Shown here piece by piece: positions 42,118-54,400 of a DNA stretch of 64,000 bases. The position numbers were made by a program, and so were the translations under genes. Origin of the DNA: the human T2T-CHM13v2.0 reference genome, Homo sapiens; the NCBI RefSeq assembly GCF_009914755.1, contig NC_060928.1; one strand, 5' to 3'. The notes below the pieces were generated by a model. That model did not search any database and had not been told where the DNA came from. It saw only the letters and a program-made list of their open reading frames with translations. Position 1 is the first letter of the stretch. Each line of letters opens with the position of its first letter.

Positions 42118-43279
42118 GTTTGTTTAAATAATGAGCATGTGAATGTTGTGGGATTATTTAAAGAATCCAAAGGTCTCTTAAATGTATTGTGGAAAACGCA
42201 GGATGACATGAGTAAGGAAATGCTGCAAGTACTTTCTATTTCTACATATCCCATCTATAAGGAGAATGACATTCATATGGAGTTAAGAATCCATATGCAC
42301 TTTATTGTTAGGAGAAAGAAAAGAAACATGTAGCTATCCCAGAAATGCATGCGGTGAAAAACAGATTTGAGAAATAAATAAAATGCTACTTGAATAAAAT
42401 AGCCAAATAGTAGGTCAGAGATAATTTGACCTACTATTTCCTGATATATCCTGTTTCCTGATATAACCTGACTACAGGATATATCAGGAAATGTTTATTC
42501 TACTTTATTAAAATTAATTCCTATAAAAGGGTTGCAGCATAGAAGTTTCCAGGCAAATTGGTGATTGAATGCTTGCTAACACTTTCCTAAAATATATCCT
42601 TTGGCTATTTATCATTTTATACTTATAATTTCCTCTTTAATACGAGAGTACAGTACTGATGAATTTTGGGCTTCTTTTGCAAATTGGAGAAAAATAGGCT
42701 GATTTGAGATTACTAGTAATGCAGTTTTGCTTCTGCCCTTGAGAAACTTGGGATTTATGTTTCCTAAGATTTCTGTCACCGTCCTTGTAAGCAATCATCA
42801 AACCTTGAACAATAAATATAGACATATATTTGCAAGTGGTAGAAACAAAATTACAGGCATATTTATTCCTTGCATACTTCTGACAACAGCATAAATCACC
42901 ACTACAATTACTTTGTGAATTTTGTTGGCTAATTGATATATAGTCAACTTCAGATTATTTGCAATAATGGAAAGAAGCAATAATATGAAGAATTCAGGGA
43001 AGTAGATGATATAAAAAGAATAATTTATGTAAGTTTTGCATCAAAATGTATTTGGTTGAATTTAGTATTAATTAACATGATATTATTAATATTATCTTTA
43101 ATATTATTTCTGTAATATTGGTATAACTAAGACAGTATAATATTGTTAGCAATAGTTAATATTAACCACATGTAATTTATGTATAATATTAACTAATGAT
43201 TAGATGACACTGTGATATTCACATTGTGTACTTTAACACACGTACCATCCTATGATAAACTTGATCATATTTATCACAC

Positions 43280-43405
43280 TTGTCTGAGTTTCTCTCTACC
43301 CTGTGAGCTTCTTAAGCCATGGGGGTTATTACTTATCTTTTTTTAACCAAGATTAATAGTGCATTGATCTGAGCACAGCTACACCTCAATAAATGTTTGT
43401 TTCAG
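43280..43405 (+). mobile_element. L2 3' end remnant
   Basis: 'ctgtgagcttctt...ctcaataaatgtttgtt' followed by GAAA-rich tail. Confidence 0.55.
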
Positions 43406-43496
43406 GAAAGAAAGAAAAAGGGAAGAAAGGAAAGAAAAAGAAATGATGGAAGGAAAGACAGAAAGAGGAAAGGGATAACCCTAAATTTAAAGATCA

Positions 43497-43862
<366 letters not shown>

Positions 43863-44569
43863 CTAGAGAAACACAGGTAATGATATATAATCAAATACTA
43901 CAATATATTTTAATATGAAATGTCTCACATTATGTCACAAAAAGATATTAGAACTGTCCACGTAAGTTTCTTGGAAGAGATTGGGTATGGATAGTGACTT
44001 GGATTGGTCTTAGGCTTTGTGTTAGATGTCCATGGAAAAAGTCAGGGTTGTAGAATTATATTCAAAGAGAGGAAGTTGGCTGAATAAAGGTTGGAGGTAA
44101 GAAGGGTGAGGTTGATGCAAAATATAATAAGTCTGAAGCAAAGGGTTCCGATGTTTTATTTTTTTTAACTTTTCTTTATTTTTATTATTATTAACACAGA
44201 AAAAAAGAGTTAGATTAAACACATTCCTTAATTTAGGGCTTACTATATTTGTTCTTACTTTTATCTCAATTGCCAGTCCACTCCATAGAGTGTTGCTTTT
44301 ATATGTTTTAAATGTAAATCATGTTTTCTTTTCAATGAATCCCATTCTGTTCCCTACTCTTCTCACTCAACATCACTTTCCAAAATGCATTCATGTTGCA
44401 GTAAAGAAAGATCTTTCTATTTCCTCACTTCTAAAGGATCTCATATGTCATTTACATATGCCCGGCTTTAGTCAGTCACACCCTGAGGCCCAAGCAAGGG
44501 TCTTTATCATGCTTCACTATGGCCTTCTTCTGGTTGTGCCTCCCCACAGTGTAAGAGATCTAGGAGGGC

Positions 44570-44967
44570 TGCTACTGTCTGAATGTGTCCCCCAGAACTA
44601 ATATGTGGAAACTTAATCTCCAATGTGATAGCACTAAGGGCTGAGGGCTTTGGAAGATGACTAAGTTATGAGAGTGGAGTGCTCATGGATAGAATAAGTC
44701 ACATTATCTGAAAGGTTAAGGTGAGTGCCCCAGCCCCTTTTCCCTTACGGCTCTTACGGCCTGTGGGGACACTGCGTTCCTCTCCTCTGGAGGACACAGC
44801 ACAAGGTGTCATCTTGGAAGTAGAGAGCAAGCCTTTACCAGACACCAAATCTGCCCTCACCTTGATCTTATACTTCCTAGTTTCCAGAACTGTAAGGAAA
44901 AATATATATGTTTGTAAATTACTCAGTTTGTAGTATTTTATTACAGCAGCAGGAATGGAGTAAGACA
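44570..44967 (+). mobile_element. MSTC/MSTD-like MaLR solo LTR
   Basis: 'tgctactgtctgaatgtgtccccc...gaaacttaat...gtaagaca'; flanked by (a)gggc on both sides. Confidence 0.85.
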
Positions 44968-45814
44968 GGGCCAAAAGGACTTGCTTATCAAGAAAATACA
45001 AAAGTGCACACCACCACTCCCCTGGGGATTTTTAGAATATATTTCTGTTACCCAGGACCTTAAAGCTTTCTGCCCAGATGTCCTCAGGCTATTTGTCTTC
45101 CAGAGCTACACTGGCTTCATCCTCCAAAATCAAACCATGTCTCTGACATGCCCCTAGGCTGGATGGGTGTGCAGCTAATGCAGAGATTGAGAATGGAGTG
45201 TTAATGTTTGAGCTGAAGTTCCCACACACCTGCAGACTGAACTCTTCCAGTGTAGGATAGAGCAGGATAGGAATGCTGCAGGAGAAGGAGGAGATGAGGT
45301 GACAAGGAACAGAGGGTCAGTGGCAGAAATAGGCTCAGGTACTTGCCTCATTGGAGAAGGGCATTTGTATAGAAAATGTATATATGTGTGTGTATGTGTA
45401 TATATACACACACAGAAGCATGAGTTTAATAAATTTACATGGTCCCCAGAAAATTCAACTCCTGGGGGTATATCCAGAAAAAAACTCTCATCTAAGTTAC
45501 CAAGCAAATATTCATCTTGTAATTATCTATGGTAGAAATGAATTGGAGACAATCTATTATCTCTCATTAGAGTCAAATCAAGCCATTAAGTTAGGATTAG
45601 GTTTATTTGATCTTGTTAACTCATTATCTATTTATACCTATTCATCTGTCTGTCAATCAATCTGTTGATCTATCAGCTATCTTACATATGTGTTATATAA
45701 ATTTTATAACTTTTGCTTTGAAAGCTTTATATGTTTATTTTTATTATTTTCTTTAAAATATATGGTCACAATAATGTAGTTCTAAATACTATTTAAAAAT
45801 TTTCTCTTTTTATT

Positions 45815-47540
45815 TTTAGGATTATTTTTATAAATGAATAGACTTCATTTTTAGAACAGTTTTTGGCTTACAGAAAAATTGAGCAGAAATTACAGAGTTC
45901 CCATATATTCCCTCTTCTTCTGCCCTCAGTTTCCCCTATTATTAACTCTTGCATTGGTTTAGCACATTTATTAAAATTGATGAACTTATATTAATTCATT
46001 ATCATTTGCTAAAGTCTATTATTTGCATTAGGGTTTGCTCTTTGTGCAGTTCTATGGGTTTTGCAAAATGCATAATGTTACATATCCACCATTACAATAT
46101 CATCCACAGTAGTTTCTCAGTCCTGAGAATCCCTTCTGATTCTCCTATTTATCTTTATCCCTTCCATTCTCCCAACCCCTAGCAACCATTGATGGTTTTA
46201 CTGTCTCAATAATTTTTTTATTTTCCAGATGTCATACCATTGCAATTATATAGTATGTAGCTATTTCAGACTGGGGCTTCTTTCACCTAGTAACATGCAT
46301 TTAAGTCTCCTCCATTTATTTTGGTGGCTTGATAACACATTTTTTCTTATTGCTGAATAGTATTCCATTGTATGGTCATAACAATGTGTTTACAGTTCTC
46401 CAGAGTAATAAAACCAATATGATGTGTACATATATAGAAAGATATTTGTTATAAAGAATTGACCCCCACAATTGTTAATGCCAACAATTTGAAAATCTTC
46501 AGTGTGGGCTAACAGGCTTAAGACACAGGAGAGCGGAATCATGCAGTTTCAGTCCAAACGTCAGCATGCTAGGGACTCAGGAGAGCTGATGGTACATTTG
46601 AAGACCAAAGGTTTTCCTCCTGCTTGTGGAGGCTGGCTGATTGGATCTTCGGCTGACTGGATGAGGCACACCCACAGCATGAAGGCAAATCTGCTTTATT
46701 CTAAGTTCACCAGTTTAAATATTACTTTCATCAAAAAATGCCCTCCAAATTTACACATAAAATTAATCATCACAGAGAGATTTTCATACATTCACTTATT
46801 GAAAGACTTCTTGATTGCTTCCAAGTTTTGGTATTATGAATAATTATGGTATAAACCTTTGCCTGCAGGTTTTGTGTGGACATAAGTTTTCAACTCATTT
46901 GGGTAAATACCTAGAAGTATGATTTCTGGATCACGTGATAAGACAATGTTTATCTTTATAAGAAATCGGCAAACTGTCTTCCAGAGTGGCTGTAGCATAT
47001 TCCATTTCCACCAGCAATAATAAGAAACCCTATTGCTTCACATCCTTCCCAGCAGCATTTGTTGTTGTCTCTGTTTTAGATTTTAGCCATTTTAATAGGT
47101 GTACTGGTATCTCATTGTTTTAATTTGTAATTCCTTAAAGACATATGCTATTAAACTTTTTTTAAATATGTTTACTTGTCATCTGTGCATCTCATTTGAT
47201 GATGTGTTAGTTGATTTGGTGAAATTTGTGTTTTTTTATTGTTAACTTTTGAGAGTTTTGTACATAGTTAAATACAATGTGTGAAAGTCCTCAAATATAC
47301 ATGTATGTTGCAAATATTTTCTCCTGGTCTGTAGATTGTCTTTTCATTCTCTTAGCCTTGTCTTTCACTGAGCAGTTTTTAATTTTAATAAAATCTAACT
47401 TAACAATTTTGTCTTGTGCAGATTATGCTTTCTGTGTTGTTTCTAAAATGACATCACCAGACTCCAGGCCACCTAAATTTTTTCCTATAATGTTCAAAAT
47501 CATTTATAGTTCTATGTTTTAGGTTTAGGTCTAAAATTGT
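45815..47540 (-). mobile_element. L1MC1-3-like 3' fragment interrupted by MLT2
   Basis: 'ttacagaaaaattgagcagaaattacagagttccca', 'tttcccctattattaac', then antisense ORF2 end 'gtgtggacataagttttcaactcatttgggtaaatacc'. Confidence 0.82.
46385..46774 (-). mobile_element. MLT2C/D-like ERVL LTR
   Basis: 'gttctccagag...ctgactggatgaggcacacccac...ggcaaatctgctttattc...cataaaattaatcatcaca'. Confidence 0.8.
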
Positions 47541-49063
47541 ACTCTAATGGTTTTTTTTTTGTAATTTCTAAATATGACAACAGCTTAATTTCTCTATTTA
47601 CTTTTGACTTGTAATTTCAATGAATTAAGGTAAAAACATGTTTGATGTTTTATCTTTGGTGTGCTTCATTTGTTTGTGAAAATTAATTTTTATTTTGCAT
47701 TCATTAGTTATGCAATTCTCTCTAGATATAAAATATGCACACGTGCACACTTATACACATATAGATGCTCTAATAATATGTAGTTATGCTGTTACACATA
47801 ATGATATGAATATGTACTTACAAATAGTATTCTATGACTTTGTGTTTATTAATGAAATATTAAAGCATTGCGATATATGTGTTCACATCTCTTTGTTTGG
47901 ATCTAAAAACTTCCGAGAATAATGTAAATGAGAACAAGGGAGAAGGCCATGAATTGCAGGTAGTGGAGGAGGATGCAGGATGGCAGTGGTAAGTAGAAGA
48001 GGGATGGGGGGTCTGCACACTCAGAGCCAGCCCTCCTTGTGCTACCACAATCTTGTAAGAAACTAAGAGAGTCAGACATGTCTAAATGTAAAGTCAGCAC
48101 CACACCTTATATGAACAGGACTGGGGCAAGATTTTAGAGGTTATAAATCAAGGTAATAAACAATTAAATCAATGTATTCTACCTGTCTACTTTGGTTAAA
48201 AAATTCATAAAACCTTTATGACCACATTTAATTGTGTGATTTGTTAAGTGATACTCCTGAGTATTTTTTCAACATTCTTTTTTATTATTATTTTTATTAT
48301 TATTATACTTCGTGAGTATTTTTAATACAATGTTTTCTTTCATATAGCTGTACCGGTGAATAGATTTATCTGTTTATTAGTGGACATTAGGTTATTGTAA
48401 TCTCTGTTATGGTAAGACTATTGTAGCCTTTTTTCTAAAAATAGCTAAAAGTAGCCAAGGTTTCTGTTTTAGAATTTAAGCCATTGTATTATTTGTATTA
48501 TTATTTGTATACTCACTGAAAAACTACAGATGCTTTCATGTGTCCTAGTAGGCCTTACAATTCACATGCATTGTTCTTGGAGAAGTGATGAGTAGAGATT
48601 CAATGTCACTGTAGAATGACAATGATTCTGGCAGTGGCAATTTAACTTAGTCATATATATCAGTCTATGAGGCAGTTGAATTTTTTGGAAGGGAGGTCTT
48701 ATTCAGATATTCCAACTTTTCTCTGCTGTCAACAGTTACATTAATACTAGATACTCATGGGAATATCTCCCTTTTAACATCTTTTTTTGGGTCACATAAT
48801 CACCATAATCAGACTACATCATGGTAATGACAGTGCTTGGCCTTTTCACGAGTCTTTTAGCTAAAAATCCTCAGGAGATATTGATTAATTAATCCTTTCC
48901 ATCCTTCTTGTTTGCCAGCATTATCCATACCAAAAAGAGGCCTTGGCAGAAGGCACAGATATCAGCTATCTGAATATAAAACACATCAGGAAATCCTTTT
49001 CTCTGTCTTTACAATTTACCTCTACACCTTTATCTTTCAGTAATACAGTACAAAATGTATGTT

Positions 49064-50101
49064 TGTTGCAGGAAGTCAAGGACCCCGAATGGAAGAACTG
49101 GCTGAAGCCATGGCAGAAGAACATAAATTGTGAAGATTTTTATGGACATTTATTAGTTCCCCAAATTAATACTTTTAAAATTTCTTATGCTTGTCTTTAC
49201 TGTAATCTCTGAACATAAATTGTGAAGATTTCATGGACATTTATCACTTCCCCAATCAATACTCTTGTGATTTCCTATGCCTGTCTTTAATCTCTTAATC
49301 CCATTGTCTTCGTAAGCCGAGGAGGATGTATGTCACCTCAGGACCCTGTGATGATTGCATTAACTGCACCAATTGTTTGTAGAGCATGTGTGTTTGAACA
49401 ATATCAAATCTGGGCACCTTAAGAACAGGATAACAGCAATGTTCAGGGAACAAGGGAGATAACCTTAAAAGTCTGGCTGCCTGTGGGCTGGGCAGAACAG
49501 AGCCATATTTCTCTTCTTTTAAAAGCAAATAGGAGAAATATCACTGAATTCTTTTTCTCAGCAAGGAACATCCCTGAAAAAGAGACTGCATCCCTAAGGG
49601 GAGGCCTCTAAAATGGCCACTTTGGGGTTGGCTGTCTTTTATGGTCATGGCTGTAGGGATGAAATAAGCCCCAGTCTCCTGCAGCGCTCCCAGGATTATT
49701 AGGATGAGGAAATTCCCGCCTAATAAATTTTGATCAGACCGGTTGTCTGCTCTCAAACCCTGTCTCCTGATAAGATGTTATCAATGACAATGCGTGCCCG
49801 AAACTTCATTAGTAATTGTAATTTCGCCCCGGTCCTGTGGTCCTGTGACCTCACCCTGCCTCCACTTGCCTTGTGATATCTTATTACCTTGTGAAGCATG
49901 TGATCTCTGTGACCCACACCCTATTCGTACACTCCCTCCCCTTTTGAAGATCACTAATAAAAACTTGCTGGTTTTGCAGCTTGGGGGTCATCATGGAACC
50001 TGCCGACATGTGATGTCTCCCCCGGACACCCAGCTTTAAAATTTCTCCTTTCATACTCTTTCCATTTATTTCTCAGACCGGCTGAGAAAAGAACCTACGT
50101 T
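49064..50101 (+). mobile_element. MER11 (MER11C-like, HERV-K11/HML-8) solo LTR, 3'-clipped
   Basis: Start 'tgttgcaggaagtcaaggaccccgaa', internal ~92-bp duplication (49119/49211), 'ctaataaaaacttgctgg' polyA signal; ends at 'gaacctacgtt'. Confidence 0.9.
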
Positions 50102-50770
50102 CTTTTTAATAATTTTTAATATCTTTGTTTATTTTTGGTTCAAAATGGTATATCCTTAATAGCCTCCAGTTTGAATTGTCACATTAAAAACAAACTCATA
50201 ATAATAACATTATAACAAAACAAAATAAAAACTCCTAACACCAAAACACAACCTAATATCAGTAGCTAAAAAAAAAAAAAAATTAATTACAATTTAGGTA
50301 GATATATAGAAAGTAAGAATCACTGGTGCCTAGCACATGACATAAACTTGTTTTGCTTCTGAAAAAAACATTATTAAGACAAAAATAACAAAATGATAAT
50401 GTGTGCATTCTCTGCCACACTGGGCTCCAATATAAAAGTCTGTACCACATAGAAAGTTGAAGAAATATTGATTTCTATACATTAATTTCCTTTCCGTGAG
50501 ACTAGAGGAGTGCAATGTCCAGTACCCATATTTAGCTAACTTATGTGCATCTAGTCAGAAACCTCAAATTACAGAAGACAACTGGAAAGACATATGATTG
50601 CAAGGTGATACTAGGAAAAACTGCTAGAAATAAGATTTGGAGTAGAAATGCTACATATTAAATCTACACATATACCTTAGTACACACACACACATACACA
50701 CACATACATTAAAAAAGGACAGAGAATCTGTTGACTCACTCTTAATTTACTGAATCACAATCCAGACAGA

Positions 50771-51167
50771 TGCTATGGTCTGAATGTTTGTACCGATGTA
50801 CACACCATACTAATTGTGATGTGAAAATTCTAAGCCCCAAGGTGATAGTTTTAGGAAGTATGGCTTTGGGAGGTAATTAGGTCATAAAGGTAGAGCCTTC
50901 CTGAATGGGAATAGTGTCCATATTAAAAAGTCCCTAGAGAATTTCTTAATGTCCGTTCTGCCATGTCAGGTTACGAGAAGAAGGTTGGCTGTCCAGGAAC
51001 AAGAAAGTAGTCTCTCACCAGATGGTGAATCTGCCAGTGCCTTGATCCTGGACTCCCCACAGCCTCCAGAAGTAAGTTTCTGTTCTTTATAAGCCACCGA
51101 GTTTTTTGGTTTTGTTTTTGTTTGTTTGTTTGTTTTGAGGTGATAACAACATGAACAGACTAAGACA
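50771..51167 (+). mobile_element. MLT1A0-like MaLR solo LTR
   Basis: 'tgctatggtctgaatgtttgt...aacagactaagaca'; near-TSD acaga/aaaga. Confidence 0.82.
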
Positions 51168-51426
51168 AAAGATTTGTATAATTATAGCGTAAGCAAATGT
51201 AAACATGTCAATGTAGAACCTATGAATGACATCTGTGTGGACACACATCTACACACATAAAGAAATGCATACAGAAAAACACCTCCATTCACAATAAAAT
51301 TAAAAATTCAGACTGAAAATTACCTTGAATACTTTAAAATTTAAAAAAATTGTTTTAAATTTAAAAATTAAAATAAACACTATTAAGATATAAAATAAGC
51401 TAATACGATTTCTAAAACATCTCAGA

Positions 51427-54400
51427 GGTGGGGCGACCAACATGGCCAACTAGAAGCAGCTAATGTGTGTGGCTTTTATGGAGTGGAACAGATGGGGCAA
51501 GTGAATACAGCACCTTCAACTGAAACATCCAAGTACTCACATTGGGACTAGTCAAGGAAACAATTGAATCCACAAAGAATGAAGAAAAGCAAGGCAAGAC
51601 AATGGCCCACCTGTGAGCGAAATAGAGCCAAGGGAAGCTCCCCAACCCAGAGAGGCAGTGAGTGAAAGTGCTAGCCTGGGAACCCAAGCTTCTCCCATGG
51701 ATATTTGCAATCCTCATAGCTCTGTGTGTCATACTGAATCCCCTGGTGTAGTGGGTCAGGAGATCCCCTCATCAACCCACTCCTCCAGGGCCTTCAGGAT
51801 GACAGAGAGAGCTACATGGAGTCTCACCAAAACAGCTGCCCAGAAACATGTGGGGACGCAGGAGCTTTGAATACTCCAGCTTCCCAGGCATACCAGCAAA
51901 AGTAGTTGCAACTCCAGCAAAGCAAGAGGTTAGGCCCCTGTACATACCCCTGGGAAAGAGGCTGAATCCAGGGGGCCAACCAATGATGCCTCATAGGATA
52001 GGACCCACTGGCATGGAATTTCAGGCAGCAACAAATAGCAGTGCTGCACCTTCCTGGGATGGAGCTCCCAAGGGGAGGGGTGGGTCACCATCTCTGCTGT
52101 TTGGGCAACTTAACCATTTAGGCCTTCAGGTTCTGGAGAATCCACACCAACCAAGGGTGAAAGGGATCCCCCAGCACAGCACAGCTGCTCTAACAAAATG
52201 TGCCCAGACTGCTTCTCTAAGTGGATCCCAAATTCCATTCCTCCTCACTGGGTGGGACCTAACTAAGGCTTCCAGTCACCACTGCCAGTGTTCTCAGGCT
52301 GACAGACATTTGAAAACTCCCTAGGACAGAGGTGCCAGGGGGAGAGTCAGGCCGCTATCTTTGCTGTTTTGGTAACTTAGTCTTTCTAGACTTTAGGCTT
52401 TGGAGAGCCCAAGTCCACGGGGGTTGGGGCAGTATCTCAGAACAGCAGAGCTACCCTACAAAAATGTGACCAGAGTGCTTTTGTAAGAAGGTCCCTGAAC
52501 CTGTTCCTCATTACCAGGGGGAAGTCTCCCAACCAGGGTCTCTGGCTACCTGCACTGGTGTTCTCTGGCTGACAGAGCTTTCAGGCCTTCTTAGGACAGA
52601 GCTCCCAGGTAGAGGGGCAGGCCACCATCTTTGCTGTTTGGACAACTTAGCCATTCCAACCTTTGGGCTTCAGAATGTCCAAGGGGACCAAGGACAGAAG
52701 CAGACCCCAGTACAGCACAGTTGCTCTACAAACACTTGACCAGACTGCTTTTGTAAGTGGGTCCCCAACCCTGTTTCTCCTGACTGGGTGAGACCTCCAA
52801 CCGGGGTCTTCAGTCACCTCATACAGGTGCATCCAGATTGGCAACAGGACCCTTCCTCACTGAAGCTACCAGAGGAAGGGGCAGGCTGCCATCTTTGCTG
52901 CTTCACAGGCTTCACTGTTGATACCTCCAAGTACTGGGAAATCCAAGGCAACTAGTGACTGGAATGGGCCCCAAGCTTACCACAGCAGCCCTATGGAAAA
53001 GTGGCCAGAGTGTTATGTGGATTCCCATTCCCATATATCCTCAAGAAGCAGGTCCTCCAGGCCTGAGCTTCTAGGGACCCCCTGCCAGAGCTATCAAGCC
53101 TGTACCAACTCAGGAACTACCTGGACAGAGCCTCCAGGAACAACTGAAAGCCTCTCTGTCACTGTCTCTGCAGTAGAACCATCCTTACTACCCTCAGACT
53201 AACAAAAGAGTAAAGACCCTAAGTGCCTTATCTACACCTCCAATAAGATGCAGTCAACCCAAGGAGAGGAGGCCAGTGTGTTTCCCAAGGGTCTCACACA
53301 TTCTCCACTGTTCATCACTAGATGGGAAACCCCTAGCTTGGGCCCACAACACAGACCCTCCATACTGGGCTGATTGCACTGAGTGACTGTTTACTCACAT
53401 TTATCTGGGGTGGAGCCCCCAGGAGACAAGCAAAGTGGTGGAACAGCAAGCCAGCTGGTATGAAGCCCAGAAGGTTTGGTGCAGAAGCATCTGTAGTGGA
53501 GCATGGCCAGAGAGGACCACTGCTCCAGGCTCAACTTGCTCCTATAAGAGCCTATAAGAGACTTTACCTTGGTTCCCCCCAGCACAGTAAACTCCAAACC
53601 TCAAGGAACCAGAGAATAAAGTCAAGGCCCAATACAAGTCCCCAGAGTTAGAAAAAACAGTCCAGGAGTTAGGAGCTGAATGTTAGCCGCATAAAATCTT
53701 CCAGAAATGAAGCCAGTGGCTGAATCCACCTTATGCCACAATCAAACCTTCAAGGTAATTAAATACTATTAAAAACAACACAAAACAACAACAACAAAAA
53801 ATCCAAAGGTTAGCAACCTCAAAGATTGAAAGTACATAAACCCACAAAGATGAGAAAACAAATGTATGTGCAAGAATGCTGAAAACTCAAAAGCCAGAGT
53901 TCCTTCTTTCCTCTAAATGACTGCATCACCTCTCCTGCAAGGGTTTGGAACTGAACTGAAGCTGAGATGGCTGAAATGACAGCAGTAGTCATCATTCCTA
54001 TGGATAATAACAAAGTTCACTGAGTTACAGGAGTACATTGTAACCCAATGCAAGGAAGCTAAAGACCATGATAAAACATTGCAGGAGCTGACAGTCAAAA
54101 CAGCCGCTGTAGGCAAGAATGTAACCAACCTGATAGAACTGAAAAACACAAGACAAGTATTTCATGATGCAATCACAAGTATTAATAGCAGAATAGACCA
54201 AACAGAGGAAACAATCTCAGATCTCGAAGACTGCCTTTCTGACAGTCAGACAAGAAAAGACAGGCAGACAAGAAAAGAGAAAAAAGAATGAAAGGAGTGA
54301 ATAAACAATACCTCTGAGAAATATGGGATCATGTTAAAAGACTGAATCTATGATCAATTGGTGTACCTACAAGAGATGGGGAAAATGGAACCAACTTGGA

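Noticed and set aside
49119-49290. ~92-bp direct repeat as CRISPR-like or novel array
   Set aside because: Intrinsic duplication of MER11B/C LTRs; two units with no unique spacers
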